A stretch of 32,000 nt of DNA from Cupriavidus necator (lineage in GTDB: Bacteria > Pseudomonadota > Gammaproteobacteria > Burkholderiales > Burkholderiaceae), in the NCBI RefSeq assembly GCF_016127575.1, contig NZ_CP066018.1, positions 1,560,001 through 1,592,000 on the forward strand, read 5' to 3'. Shown here in pieces: positions 16,834 to 25,462 of this stretch. Every line of letters begins with the position of its first letter. Positions within the stretch are counted from its first letter, which is position 1. The position numbers and the translations under genes are program-made. The notes below the pieces were generated by a model, which was not told where the DNA came from, made no database searches, and saw nothing but the letters and a program-made list of their open reading frames with translations.

Positions 16834-17694
16834 ATGTTCAACTGGGTCAAGACCTTCATGCTGATGGCGGCCATCACGGCGCTGTTCATCGTCATCGGCG
16901 GCATGATCGGCGGGCGCAGCGGCATGATGATGGCGCTGCTGCTTGCGCTGGGCATGAACTTCTTCTCCTACTGGTTCTCGGACAAGATGGTCCTGCGCAT
17001 GTACAACGCGCAGGAAGTCGACGCCGGCAGCGCGCCGCAGTTCTACGGCATGGTGCAGGACCTGGCGCAGCGCGCCGGCCTGCCGATGCCGCGCGTGTAC
17101 CTGATCAACGAAGACGCGCCCAACGCCTTTGCCACCGGCCGCAACCCGGAGCACGCCGCGGTGGCGGCCACCACCGGCATCCTGCGGGTGCTGTCCGAGC
17201 GCGAACTGCGCGGCGTGATGGCGCATGAGCTGGCGCACGTGCGCCACCGCGACATCCTGACTTCGACCATCGCCGCCACCATGGCCGGTGCGATCTCGGC
17301 GCTGGCCAACATGGCGATGTTCTTCGGCGGCCGCGACGAGAACGGCAACCGCAGCAACCCGATCGCCAGCATTGCCGTGGCAATCCTGGCCCCGCTGGCG
17401 GCATCGCTGATCCAGATGGCAATCTCGCGCGCACGTGAATTCGAAGCCGACCGCGGCGGCGCCGAGATCAGCGGCGACCCGCAGGCACTGGCCAGCGCAC
17501 TGGACAAGATCCACCGCTACGCCCAGGGCATCCCGTTCCAGGCGGCCGAAGAACACCCGGCCACGGCGCAGATGATGATCATGAACCCGCTCTCGGGCGG
17601 CGCCATCGCCAATTTGTTCTCGACCCACCCGGCCACCGAGGAGCGCATCGCGCGCCTGATGCAGATGGCCCAGACCGGCACCTATCCCGCCTGA
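16834..17694 (+). CDS. htpX: Zinc metalloprotease HtpX (M48 family)
   Basis: N-terminal TM helices, the [10 protein letters not shown] zinc motif, and [21 protein letters not shown] is present. Confidence 0.95.
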   Translation: MFNWVKTFMLMAAITALFIVIGGMIGGRSGMMMALLLALGMNFFSYWFSDKMVLRMYNAQEVDAGSAPQFYGMVQDLAQRAGLPMPRVYLINEDAPNAFATGRNPEHAAVAATTGILRVLSERELRGVMAHELAHVRHRDILTSTIAATMAGAISALANMAMFFGGRDENGNRSNPIASIAVAILAPLAASLIQMAISRAREFEADRGGAEISGDPQALASALDKIHRYAQGIPFQAAEEHPATAQMMIMNPLSGGAIANLFSTHPATEERIARLMQMAQTGTYPA

Positions 17695-17736
17695 GCGGCC
17701 GGAAATCCGGGGCAGGGCCCCCGCACAGGGTAAACT

Positions 17737-17771
17737 GCCCGCTGTTCCGCATGGACCGGCGGGCTTTTTTT
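17737..17771 (+). terminator. Probable terminator after htpX
   Basis: GCCCGC ... GCGGGC stem with a 16-nt loop that can extend by 2 pairs, followed by T7. Confidence 0.55.
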
Positions 17772-17826
17772 GTGCCCGCGCCGGCCTGCTTCCCGATTCC
17801 AACGCCTGACCCGCCGCCTGACCGAT

Positions 17827-19227
17827 ATGCGCCTGCCTCCCGATTCGCTTGCCTTCCAGATGCTTGGCGCCGCCGCCGCGGTGCGCGCCGTCAGCGAAGG
17901 CACAGCCTTGCCCCAGGCGATCGAGGACGCCGCCGCGCAGCTGCGGCTGGACCGCGTGCAGGATGCCGCCACGCGCGGCGCGCTGCAGGACATCGCCTAT
18001 CGCACCATGCGCCAGTTCGGTACGGCACGCGCACTGGTGACAAAGCTGGTCACGCGCCCGCCGGGCGCGCAGGTCGATTCGCTGCTGGCGGTGGCGCTGG
18101 CGCTGCTGCTGGAACACGCACCGGGCCCGCGCGACAAGCAGGACGGCGCGGACGCCGGCCGCCCGGGCTACAGCACCTTCACCGTGGTCGACCAGGCAGT
18201 CAGCGCCGCCGCCTCCGAACCCAAGACTGCGCATGCGCGCGGCCTGGTCAACGCGGTGCTGCGCCGTTTCCTGCGCGAACGCAAAGCGCTGCTGGCCGAG
18301 GTCAACCGCGACGAGCAGGCGCGCTGGAACCTGCCGCCGTGGTGGCTGCGCATGCTGCGCGAGGCCTACCCGGACCAGTGGATGGCCCTGGCCGCCAGCG
18401 CCAACGTGCGCCCGCCGATGACGGTGCGCGTCAACACCGCGCGCGTGTCCGTGCAGCAGTACCAGACCGATCTTGCCAACGCCGGCCTGGCCGGCCACGT
18501 GGTTGGCCCGCAGGCCGTGCGCCTGGTGCGCGCGGTGCCGGTGACGCAGTTGCCGGGCTTTGCCGAAGGCGTGGTCTCGGTGCAGGATGCCGGCGCGCAG
18601 CTGGCTGCGCCGCTGCTCGAGGTGGCCGACGGCATGCGCGTGCTGGATGCCTGCGCGGCGCCCGGCGGCAAGACCGGGCACCTGCTGGAACTGGCCGATA
18701 TTGAAGTCACCGCGGTGGAAAGCGACCCGCAGCGCACCACCCGCATCGCCGAGAACCTGGCGCGCCTGGGCAAGCAAGCGCGGATCGTGGTCGGCGATGC
18801 CAGCCGGCCCGCCGACTGGTGGGACGGCCAGCCCTTTGACCGCATCCTGGCCGACGTGCCGTGCTCGGCTTCGGGCATCGTGCGGCGCCATCCCGATATC
18901 CGCTGGCTGCGCCGCGAGACCGATATTGCCAAGCTCGTCACCGAGCAGCGCCGCATCGTTTCGCAACTGTGGCCGCTGCTCAAACCGGGCGGCATCCTGG
19001 TCTATGTCACCTGTTCAATTTTCCCAACGGAAGGCGAGGAGCAGGCGCGCTGGTTTGGTGCGCAGCTGGCAGATGCGATACGATTGCAGGCGCCGGGGCA
19101 GCTGCTGCCCGGCACCCATGCCACGCAAGCCGCCGGCGCCAATGGCGAAAAGGACGCCACTGCCGGCACCAGCCTGCCGTCGGATCACGATGGCTTCTTC
19201 TACGCCCGCTTCCAGAAACGCGCCTGA
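17827..19227 (+). CDS. rsmB: 16S rRNA (cytosine967-C5)-methyltransferase RsmB (Sun)
   Basis: NusB-like N-terminal domain. Methyltransferase motifs: VSVQDAGAQLAA, LDACAAPGGKT, DRILADVPCSASGIVRRHPD, YVTCSIFPTEGE. I chose the ATG at 17827 (MRLPPDSLAF). Confidence 0.9.
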   Translation: MRLPPDSLAFQMLGAAAAVRAVSEGTALPQAIEDAAAQLRLDRVQDAATRGALQDIAYRTMRQFGTARALVTKLVTRPPGAQVDSLLAVALALLLEHAPGPRDKQDGADAGRPGYSTFTVVDQAVSAAASEPKTAHARGLVNAVLRRFLRERKALLAEVNRDEQARWNLPPWWLRMLREAYPDQWMALAASANVRPPMTVRVNTARVSVQQYQTDLANAGLAGHVVGPQAVRLVRAVPVTQLPGFAEGVVSVQDAGAQLAAPLLEVADGMRVLDACAAPGGKTGHLLELADIEVTAVESDPQRTTRIAENLARLGKQARIVVGDASRPADWWDGQPFDRILADVPCSASGIVRRHPDIRWLRRETDIAKLVTEQRRIVSQLWPLLKPGGILVYVTCSIFPTEGEEQARWFGAQLADAIRLQAPGQLLPGTHATQAAGANGEKDATAGTSLPSDHDGFFYARFQKRA

Positions 19228-19236
19228 TCTGATCCG

Positions 19237-20127
19237 ATGCTGAGCACGCCGCGCCTGTCAGACTTCCGCGTCATGGTGGACACGAACGTGGACACTGCCG
19301 CGGACCGGGCGTGCCTGCATCTGCGCCCCGGCGGCGCGGGCAGGCGTGGCCTGCTGGCGCGGTGGTGGCTGGCACTGGTGCTGGCGCTCGCCTCGCTACT
19401 GTGGCTGCCGCCCGTCGCGCGCGCGCAGGTCATCGAGGCCACCGAGGCGCGCATCGAATTCCAGGACGGCGGCTTCGAGCTTGCCGCCAGCTTCGACTTC
19501 GACCTGCCGCCCGCGCTGGAAGACGCATTGCACAAGGGCATCTCCCTCTATTTCGCGGTCGACTTCCAGCTCTCGCGCTCGCGCTGGTACTGGTTCGACG
19601 ACAAGCCGGTCAACACCACCCGCAGCGTGCGCCTGTCGTACCAGCCGCTGACGCGCCAGTACCGTGTCTCCACCGGCGGCCTGCAGCTGCCGTTCACGCG
19701 CCTGAAGGGCGCGCTGCAGTTCATCCAGCGCGTGCGCGGCTGGCGCGTGTTCGAGCGCAATGTGGTCAAGCCGGGCGAGACCTACCACGCGGAAGTGCGC
19801 ATGCGGCTGGACCTGTCGCAACTGCCCAAGCCGTTCCAGATCAACGCCGTCAACACGCGTGAATGGAACCTGGCCTCCGACTGGCGGCGCTTCGCCTATA
19901 CGGTGCCGACGGACCTGAACGCAGCGCCCCCACCTCCGCTGCCCGCAGCGCCGCCGCCCGCGCCGGCCCCAGGCCCCGCATCGCCGGCGCTGCCGGCCTC
20001 GCCCGCCGTACCCGCGCCTGCGTCGGCGCCTGCCGCTGCCATTGACGCACGCGGCCTGACCATGCAGACGGTGTCGTACGGACTGTCGCCCGCACTGCTG
20101 CTGCAGCCCGCATCGAGCCAGCCATGA
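19237..20127 (+). CDS. DUF4390 domain protein with Pro/Ala-rich C-terminus
   Basis: Signal-like WWLALVLALASLLWLPPVARA. The core reads IEFQDGGFELAASFDFDLPPALEDALHKGISLYFAVDFQLSRSRWYWFDDK...YQPLTRQYRV. The stop overlaps the ntrY start as ATGA. The start is uncertain: 19237 or 19273. Confidence 0.8.
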   Translation: MLSTPRLSDFRVMVDTNVDTAADRACLHLRPGGAGRRGLLARWWLALVLALASLLWLPPVARAQVIEATEARIEFQDGGFELAASFDFDLPPALEDALHKGISLYFAVDFQLSRSRWYWFDDKPVNTTRSVRLSYQPLTRQYRVSTGGLQLPFTRLKGALQFIQRVRGWRVFERNVVKPGETYHAEVRMRLDLSQLPKPFQINAVNTREWNLASDWRRFAYTVPTDLNAAPPPPLPAAPPPAPAPGPASPALPASPAVPAPASAPAAAIDARGLTMQTVSYGLSPALLLQPASSQP

Positions 20128-22556
20128 GCAACTCGCTGTGGGACAGCCGGTTCCGGCGCGTGCTGTACCGCGTCGTGGCCGGGATCATCGTCTTCCTGGC
20201 ACTGGTGCTGGTGGGCCTGCTGGCCGGCGCATCGGCCAACACCGAATTCTTCGATCGCTATTTCACGCTGCTGTTCAAGGTGAACCTGGTGATCGGCGCG
20301 CTGCTGGTGCTGATCGTGGGTGCGCTGGCGCTGACGCTGTGGCTGCGCTATCGCCGCGGCAAGTTCGGCACGCGGCTGATGACCAAGCTCGCCGTGTTCT
20401 TCGGCGTGGTGGGCGTGCTGCCCGGCGTGCTGATCTACCTGGTATCGCTGCAGTTCGTCTCGCGCAGCATCGAGTCCTGGTTCGACGTGCGCGTGGAAAC
20501 CGCGCTCGAGGCGGGCCTGAACCTGGGCCGCTCCACCATCGACAGCTCGCTCGCCGACCTGCAGGTCAAGGCACGCCTGATGGCCGAGCAGCTCGCCGGC
20601 GCCTCCGGCGTGGCCACTTCGCTGCAGCTGAACCGGCTGCGCGAGCAGTATGGCGTCCAGGAAGCCGCCATCTTCACCGGCAGCGGCCGCGTGCTGGCCA
20701 CGGCGTCCAGCAACTACGCGTCGCTGGTGCCGGACCTGCCTTCGGGCGTGCTGGCCGAACAGGCGCGGCTGGCCGGCGGCTACGCGGCGGTGGAGGGCGG
20801 CACCGACCCGTCGGGCGACGGCAGCCCGAGCCCCGAACGCGTCGACAGCAGCCACCTGTACCGGCTGCGCGTGATCATTCCGCTGGGCGCCAGTCCAACC
20901 GCGGCACAGGATGACGCCGCAGGCGGCAGCGCCCCGCGCGCGCTGGCCAAGCCGCCGCGCTGGGCCGGCTCCGGCCTGTCCGTGGAGCGCCGCCCGGAGG
21001 AATCGCCGTCGAGCGGCTTCGGCCTGGTCGGCGAGACCGTGCGCGAGGAACGCTACCTGCAGGTGCTGCACCCCGTGCCGGCGGTGCTCGCGCGCAATGC
21101 CGACGAGGTCCAGCGCGCGTACCAGGAATACCAGGAGAAAGCGCTGGGCCGCACCGGCCTGCGCAAGATGTATATCGGCACGCTGACGCTGACGCTGTTC
21201 CTGGCCGTGTTCATCGCGGTGATGCTGGCGCTGCTGCTGGGCGGGCAATTGGCGCGGCCGCTGCTGATGCTGCTGCAGGGGACCAAGGAAGTGGCCGAGG
21301 GCGACCTCTCGCCCAAGCGCGAACTGAAAAGCCGCGACGAGCTCGGCATGCTCACGCAGCAGTTCAACCAGATGACGCGACAGCTGGCCGAGGCGCGGCT
21401 GGCGGTGGAAGAGAACCGCACCGCGCTCGAGCAATCGAAGGCCTACCTGGAAAGCGTGCTGCAGAACCTGACCGCCGGCGTGCTGGTGTTCGACCGCCGC
21501 TTTGTGCTGATTACCGCCAATCCGGGCGCGGAGCGCATCTTCCGCCAGCCGTTCGGCGCGGTGCTGGGCCTGCCGGTTGAGCAGATCCCTGGCATGGGGC
21601 CGTTCGGCGAGATCGTGCGCCAGGCCTTCTCGGACCAGAACACCAGCGAGGTGCTGGGCGGCGCCGAGCACTGGCAGAAGCAGATCGAGCTGCCGCAGGG
21701 CGAGGAACAGCCGCTTACGCTGCTGGTGCGCGGCGCACGCCTGCCCGGCGGCGAGCGCGATGAGCCCGGCTACGTGATCGTCTTCGACGATATCTCCGAT
21801 GTGATTTCCGCTCAACGCTCGGTGGCCTGGGGCGAGGTGGCACGGCGCCTTGCGCACGAGATCAAGAACCCGCTGACGCCGATCCAGCTCTCGGCCGAGC
21901 GCCTGCAGATGAAGCTCTCGCCCAAGCTCGAAGGCACCGACGCCGATGTGCTCAAGCGTGGCGCGGCCACCATCGTCAACCAGGTGGCCGCGATGAAGCG
22001 CATGGTCGATGACTTCCGCGACTACGCGCGCACACCGCCCGCGGTGCTGCAGTCGCTGCAGCTCAACAGCCTGGTGGCGGAAGTGCTGCACCTGTATGGC
22101 ATCGATGATCCCGCGGTGCACGAGCATCCGGTGATTCATCCGACGCTGGGCACCGCGCTGCCCGAGATCAAGGGCGATCCGACGCAGTTGCGCCAGGTCA
22201 TCCACAACCTGCTGCAGAACGCACAGGATGCCGCCACCGAGAACGTCGCGGCCGGTAGGGCGGCGCCCCATATCACTCTGAACACCGAGACTGTAGAATA
22301 CAAAGATTCTGCCGGCGAAAACCGGCAGGCCGTCAAGCTCACCATTGCGGACAATGGTCCCGGTTTTGCGCCACGAATCCTGAGCCGTGCGTTCGAGCCC
22401 TACGTGACCACGAAAGCCAAGGGCACGGGCCTGGGGCTCGCGATGGTAAAGAAGATCATTGACGAACACGGCGCGCGAATCGAGATGCGCAATCGCATGG
22501 AAGGTGCGGAGATCGTCGGTGCACAGATCTCGATCCTGTTCGTTAAACTGACATAG
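20124..22556 (+). CDS. ntrY: NtrY-like sensor histidine kinase (multi-TM, HAMP, PAS, HisKA, HATPase)
   Basis: Four N-terminal TM helices, a HAMP region (LARPLLMLLQGTKEVAEGDL), a PAS region, the H-box HEIKNPLTPIQLSAERL, the N-box HNLLQNAQDA, DNGPGF and GTGLGLAMVKKI. Confidence 0.9.
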   Translation: MSNSLWDSRFRRVLYRVVAGIIVFLALVLVGLLAGASANTEFFDRYFTLLFKVNLVIGALLVLIVGALALTLWLRYRRGKFGTRLMTKLAVFFGVVGVLPGVLIYLVSLQFVSRSIESWFDVRVETALEAGLNLGRSTIDSSLADLQVKARLMAEQLAGASGVATSLQLNRLREQYGVQEAAIFTGSGRVLATASSNYASLVPDLPSGVLAEQARLAGGYAAVEGGTDPSGDGSPSPERVDSSHLYRLRVIIPLGASPTAAQDDAAGGSAPRALAKPPRWAGSGLSVERRPEESPSSGFGLVGETVREERYLQVLHPVPAVLARNADEVQRAYQEYQEKALGRTGLRKMYIGTLTLTLFLAVFIAVMLALLLGGQLARPLLMLLQGTKEVAEGDLSPKRELKSRDELGMLTQQFNQMTRQLAEARLAVEENRTALEQSKAYLESVLQNLTAGVLVFDRRFVLITANPGAERIFRQPFGAVLGLPVEQIPGMGPFGEIVRQAFSDQNTSEVLGGAEHWQKQIELPQGEEQPLTLLVRGARLPGGERDEPGYVIVFDDISDVISAQRSVAWGEVARRLAHEIKNPLTPIQLSAERLQMKLSPKLEGTDADVLKRGAATIVNQVAAMKRMVDDFRDYARTPPAVLQSLQLNSLVAEVLHLYGIDDPAVHEHPVIHPTLGTALPEIKGDPTQLRQVIHNLLQNAQDAATENVAAGRAAPHITLNTETVEYKDSAGENRQAVKLTIADNGPGFAPRILSRAFEPYVTTKAKGTGLGLAMVKKIIDEHGARIEMRNRMEGAEIVGAQISILFVKLT

Positions 22557-22608
22557 TCAACAATGGCGTCCGGTCCCGGAACGCTGCGGTGGGGTTAAGA
22601 GGGGAAGT

Positions 22609-23319
22609 ATGGCAACGATCCTCGTAGTCGATGACGAAATGGGAATCCGGGAGCTGCTCTCGGAGATCCTCAGCAACGAAGGCCACGTGGTTGAACTCGC
22701 GGAGAACGCGCTGCAAGCGCGCGAATACCGCGCGGCGGGTACGCCCGACCTCGTGCTGCTCGATATCTGGATGCCCGATACCGATGGCGTGACCCTGCTC
22801 AAGGAATGGTCCGCGCAGGGACAGCTGACGATGCCCGTCATCATGATGTCGGGCCACGCCACCATCGACACGGCGGTCGAGGCGACCAAGATCGGCGCGC
22901 TCAATTTCCTTGAGAAGCCGATCGCACTGCAGAAGCTGCTGTCCGCGGTCGAGCAGGGCCTGGCCCGCGGCATCGAACGCCCGCGCAGCAGCTCGGCCAC
23001 CACCGCCGCCCCCGCCACGGTCCCGTCTGCCGAACCCGGTTCGTCAGACATCGTGCCCGAGACCACTGCCGAGGCCGCCCCCAACGGCAGCCCCGCGCGC
23101 GTGCCCGAGGCCGAGATGCAGTTCTCCTTCGACATGCCGCTGCGCGAAGCGCGCGACCTGTTCGAGCGCGCCTACTTCGAATACCACCTGCTGCGCGAAC
23201 ACGGCAGCATGACCCGCGTGGCCGAGAAGACCGGGCTGGAGCGCACCCACCTGTACCGCAAGCTCAAGCAGCTCGGCGTCGAACTGGGCCGCAACAAGCC
23301 CGAGCCGGCCGAGCAATGA
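22609..23319 (+). CDS. ntrX: NtrX-like response regulator lacking the AAA+ domain (REC, disordered linker, Fis-type HTH)
   Basis: The REC domain reads ILVVDDEMGIRELL, LVLLDIWMPDTDG, VIMMSGHATIDTAVEATKIGALNFLEKP. The linker is SSSATTAAPATVPSAEPGSSD.... The HTH_8 domain reads LREARDLFERAYFEYHLLREHGSMTRVAEKTGLERTHLYRKLKQLG. Only 236 aa, with no Walker or GAFTGA motifs. Confidence 0.85.
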   Translation: MATILVVDDEMGIRELLSEILSNEGHVVELAENALQAREYRAAGTPDLVLLDIWMPDTDGVTLLKEWSAQGQLTMPVIMMSGHATIDTAVEATKIGALNFLEKPIALQKLLSAVEQGLARGIERPRSSSATTAAPATVPSAEPGSSDIVPETTAEAAPNGSPARVPEAEMQFSFDMPLREARDLFERAYFEYHLLREHGSMTRVAEKTGLERTHLYRKLKQLGVELGRNKPEPAEQ

Positions 23320-23379
23320 GGCTGTGACGCACATGACGCTTGACTGACCAAAAAAGTCCAGTTATAGTTTCGCTTCTTT

Positions 23380-23455
23380 GGCCCGGTAGCTCAGTCGGTA
23401 GAGCAGAGGATTGAAAATCCTTGTGTCGGCGGTTCGATTCCGTCCCAGGCCACCA
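23380..23455 (+). tRNA. tRNA-Phe (anticodon GAA)
   Basis: 76-nt cloverleaf: GGCCCGG-TA-GCTC-AGTCGGTA-GAGC-A-GAGGA-TTGAAAA-TCCTT-GTGTC-GGCGG-TTCGATT-CCGTC-CCAGGCC-A-CCA. CCA is encoded. The acceptor stem has one C:A mismatch at pair 5:68. Confidence 0.93.
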
Positions 23456-23462
23456 GAACAAG

Positions 23463-23497
23463 AAAAGCCCGGCTCCCGCAAGAGCCGGGCTTTTTGC
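23463..23497 (+). terminator. Rho-independent terminator after tRNA-Phe
   Basis: Stem AAAAGCCCGGCTC / GAGCCGGGCTTTT, loop CCGCAA, followed by the T-rich tail TTTTTGCTTT. Confidence 0.85.
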
Positions 23498-23584
23498 TTT
23501 GTGGCATCGCATAGGCAGATTTGTGTACAGGCAGCGCTGGGCCCTGTGAACCGGCGTTGGTAACCCGCCGCGAGGTACTGAACC

Positions 23585-23785
23585 ATGTCGACGAAACGCA
23601 AAATCCATATCCCATCTGATGCCGAGGACAAGGCGCTGACGCTTGCCGCGCGCGCGGACGCGGACAACCCCCCGCTCACCGCCCGGGAACTGGCCCGCAT
23701 GCGGCCGGCGCAGGAAATCCTGCCGAGACTGGTAGGGGATAAGATGGCCCTGGTCATGCTGCAGCCCCGCTGCCGGCGTGCTTGA
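23585..23785 (+). pseudogene. DUF4415/BrnA-antitoxin-like N-terminal fragment, a possible gene relic
   Basis: The 66-aa ORF contains DADNPPLTARELARMRPAQEILPRLVG. This resembles the conserved DxxNP.LT..E....RP....LP segment of DUF4415/BrnA proteins as I recall them. The expected C-terminal ribbon-helix-helix part is missing, rare codons (AGA, GTA) appear near the end, and there is no toxin partner. The family call is from memory of the motif, not from a search. Confidence 0.35.
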
Positions 23786-23955
23786 CCAACGCGCAACAGC
23801 CAACCCAGAAGTAAATATCTTCTACTTGGCAGCCGATATATGTATCTCTACGATGGCCTGACGCGCTGCCGCCCGGCGGCGCGGACCGAGCCGGCCAAGC
23901 CGCACCCATAACGCGGACAGCCGGTCCAGGGCTTACTTTCTTACCGGGGGGTCTG

Positions 23956-24447
23956 ATGGATACGTTGATCGGGACAGACAACCGCTGGCCGCCGCAGACT
24001 GCGGGCGAAGAGCGCGGATTGTGGAAGAGCACCATGGCCGCGGCCAGCCACGCGCTGGGGGCGGCGGGGCGGGTGCAGCAGGCGGTCTCGCAGACGCTGA
24101 AGCTGCAGCACAAGATCCGCGCGCTGCGCGACGAGCTGCACCAGATGGAGGCCGAGCGCGACGTCTACCGCGAGCTGCATGCGCGCACGGTCGAGGAGCT
24201 GCACCAGGCGATCGACCGCAGCCCGGCAGAGATCCGGCGGCTGCGTGCGGAGACCGAGGCCATGCAGGTGCGCCACCGCGCCTACAAGCTGCTGGTGCAG
24301 CACTACATGCGCCTGGGCACGCCGATCGATCCCGGGGTCTTTGCCGAGCAGCGCAGCCGCGTGCAGCAGCACATCCTGTTCCAGCGCCGCAAGGGCATTC
24401 CGGTGGCACAGATCCGCGTCGAGGACATCGCGTTCCTGCTGCGCTGA
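23956..24447 (+). CDS. Hypothetical protein, predicted coiled coil, no family recognised
   Basis: 163 aa with strongly G/C-rich third positions in this frame and mixed composition (K, E, Q, H, Y, I). The two overlapping minus-strand ORFs are Arg/Ala/Pro-rich. A heptad-like stretch reads LKLQHKIRALRDELHQMEAERDVYRELHARTVEELHQAI. A GGGGGG SD-like run lies 5 nt upstream. The start could also be the internal ATG at 24034. Confidence 0.6.
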   Translation: MDTLIGTDNRWPPQTAGEERGLWKSTMAAASHALGAAGRVQQAVSQTLKLQHKIRALRDELHQMEAERDVYRELHARTVEELHQAIDRSPAEIRRLRAETEAMQVRHRAYKLLVQHYMRLGTPIDPGVFAEQRSRVQQHILFQRRKGIPVAQIRVEDIAFLLR

Positions 24448-24554
24448 GGCGCGCTGCAGCCGTCAAGCCATGCGCTTTGCCGCGATGGGCCAGGCTGCAC
24501 TAACATGGCGGCAGCGATGCATCCCGCACTCGCATCCGACACTGCCAGGCCACC

Positions 24555-25175
24555 ATGTTCGACATCCAGAACTACACCAGCTTCGTGCTCGCCATCCTGG
24601 TGTTCCAGCTGATCCCCGGCCCGGGCACGATCGCCATTCTCAACGCCACCGCGCGCAATGGCATGGCGGCCGGCATGGGCGCGGTCTGCGGCACGCTGCT
24701 GGGCGACCTTGTGTACATGCTCGCCGCGGTGGCGGGGCTGGCGGCGGTGATGCAGGCCAATCCGCTGCTGTTCCACGGCTTGCAATGGTTCGGTGCCGCG
24801 TACCTGTGCTGGATGGGGGTGCAGCTGCTGCGTACACGCTTTGCCGCGGACGCCGGCGTGCCCGAGCCGCGCAAGTCCACGCGCGTATACCTGCGCCAGG
24901 GCTTCACGGTGAGCCTGACCAACCCCAAGGTAGTGCTGTTCTTTGTCGCGTTCTTCCCGCTGTTCCTGCGCCCGGATGCGTCGCCGGCCACGCTGGCGGC
25001 GATGATGGTCCACGTCACGGTGCTCAGCCTTGCCTACCAGGCGGCGCTGGTGCTGGCGGGCAACGCGGTGGCCAGCCGGCTGCGGGCGCTGCCGTTCGCG
25101 CGCACGCTGGCAACGCGACTGGCCGGGATCGCGCTGGTCGGCTTCGGCCTGCGGCTGGCGGCCAGCAACCGGTAA
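24555..25175 (+). CDS. LysE/RhtB family amino acid exporter
   Basis: 206 aa with about 6 TM helices. The N-terminal signature FVLAILVFQLIPGPGTIAILNATARNG and the motif SLTNPKVVLFFVAFFPLF are typical of LysE-type translocators. Confidence 0.9.
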   Translation: MFDIQNYTSFVLAILVFQLIPGPGTIAILNATARNGMAAGMGAVCGTLLGDLVYMLAAVAGLAAVMQANPLLFHGLQWFGAAYLCWMGVQLLRTRFAADAGVPEPRKSTRVYLRQGFTVSLTNPKVVLFFVAFFPLFLRPDASPATLAAMMVHVTVLSLAYQAALVLAGNAVASRLRALPFARTLATRLAGIALVGFGLRLAASNR

Positions 25176-25462
25176 CGGCCCGCGGCCAGCGCCGCGATTC
25201 GATACCGCGCGTCTGCACACAACAAAGCGGCCACGCATTGACGCGCTCCGTGCACGAACGGAACACTGTCGCGTCCGCGCTCACCGCATGTGCGCGGGCT
25301 TGCTACTGAACCGCCACCGTTCGAGGCGTCGTCTCAGGCGACGTTGTCCATCTTGCCGCTGCACGTTTTCCTTACTGCCTTTGCCGCGATCTCGCGGTCG
25401 CTCTCGTATCCCGTTCGTTGCTCCGCTTTATCGCTGCCGCGCGCCGTCAACGGAGCGCAGCG

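Noticed and set aside
16771-18966. 731-aa minus-strand ORF spanning htpX and rsmB.
   Set aside because: It crosses an intergenic terminator and two well-supported plus-strand genes. It has Arg/Ala/Gly/His-rich shadow-frame composition.
19896-22469. 857-aa minus-strand ORF opposite ntrY.
   Set aside because: It is a shadow ORF of the well-supported NtrY kinase gene, with the same biased composition. The same reasoning applies to 13296..14507 (+), 15382..16707 (-), 26679..28415 (+), 28312..29640 (-), 30553..31578 (-), 25334..26308 (-) and 23933..24466 (-).
25194-25207. GCGATTCGATACCG resembles the tRNA-Phe T-arm segment GCGGTTCGATTCCG (23429-23442), suggesting a possible attR-type direct repeat that would bound an island from 23456 to 25207.
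   Set aside because: Only 12 of 14 positions match and similarity stops immediately outside. My rough estimate is that a match of this quality is not rare by chance in 32 kb on two strands. No integrase is present. It could be settled by comparing the locus with related genomes.
23456-25462. Looked for mobile-element hallmarks next to tRNA-Phe: integrase, excisionase, transposase, inverted terminal repeats.
   Set aside because: None was found in any frame. Only a truncated antitoxin-like fragment and an orphan ORF are present, so I report a possible relic and not a mobile element.
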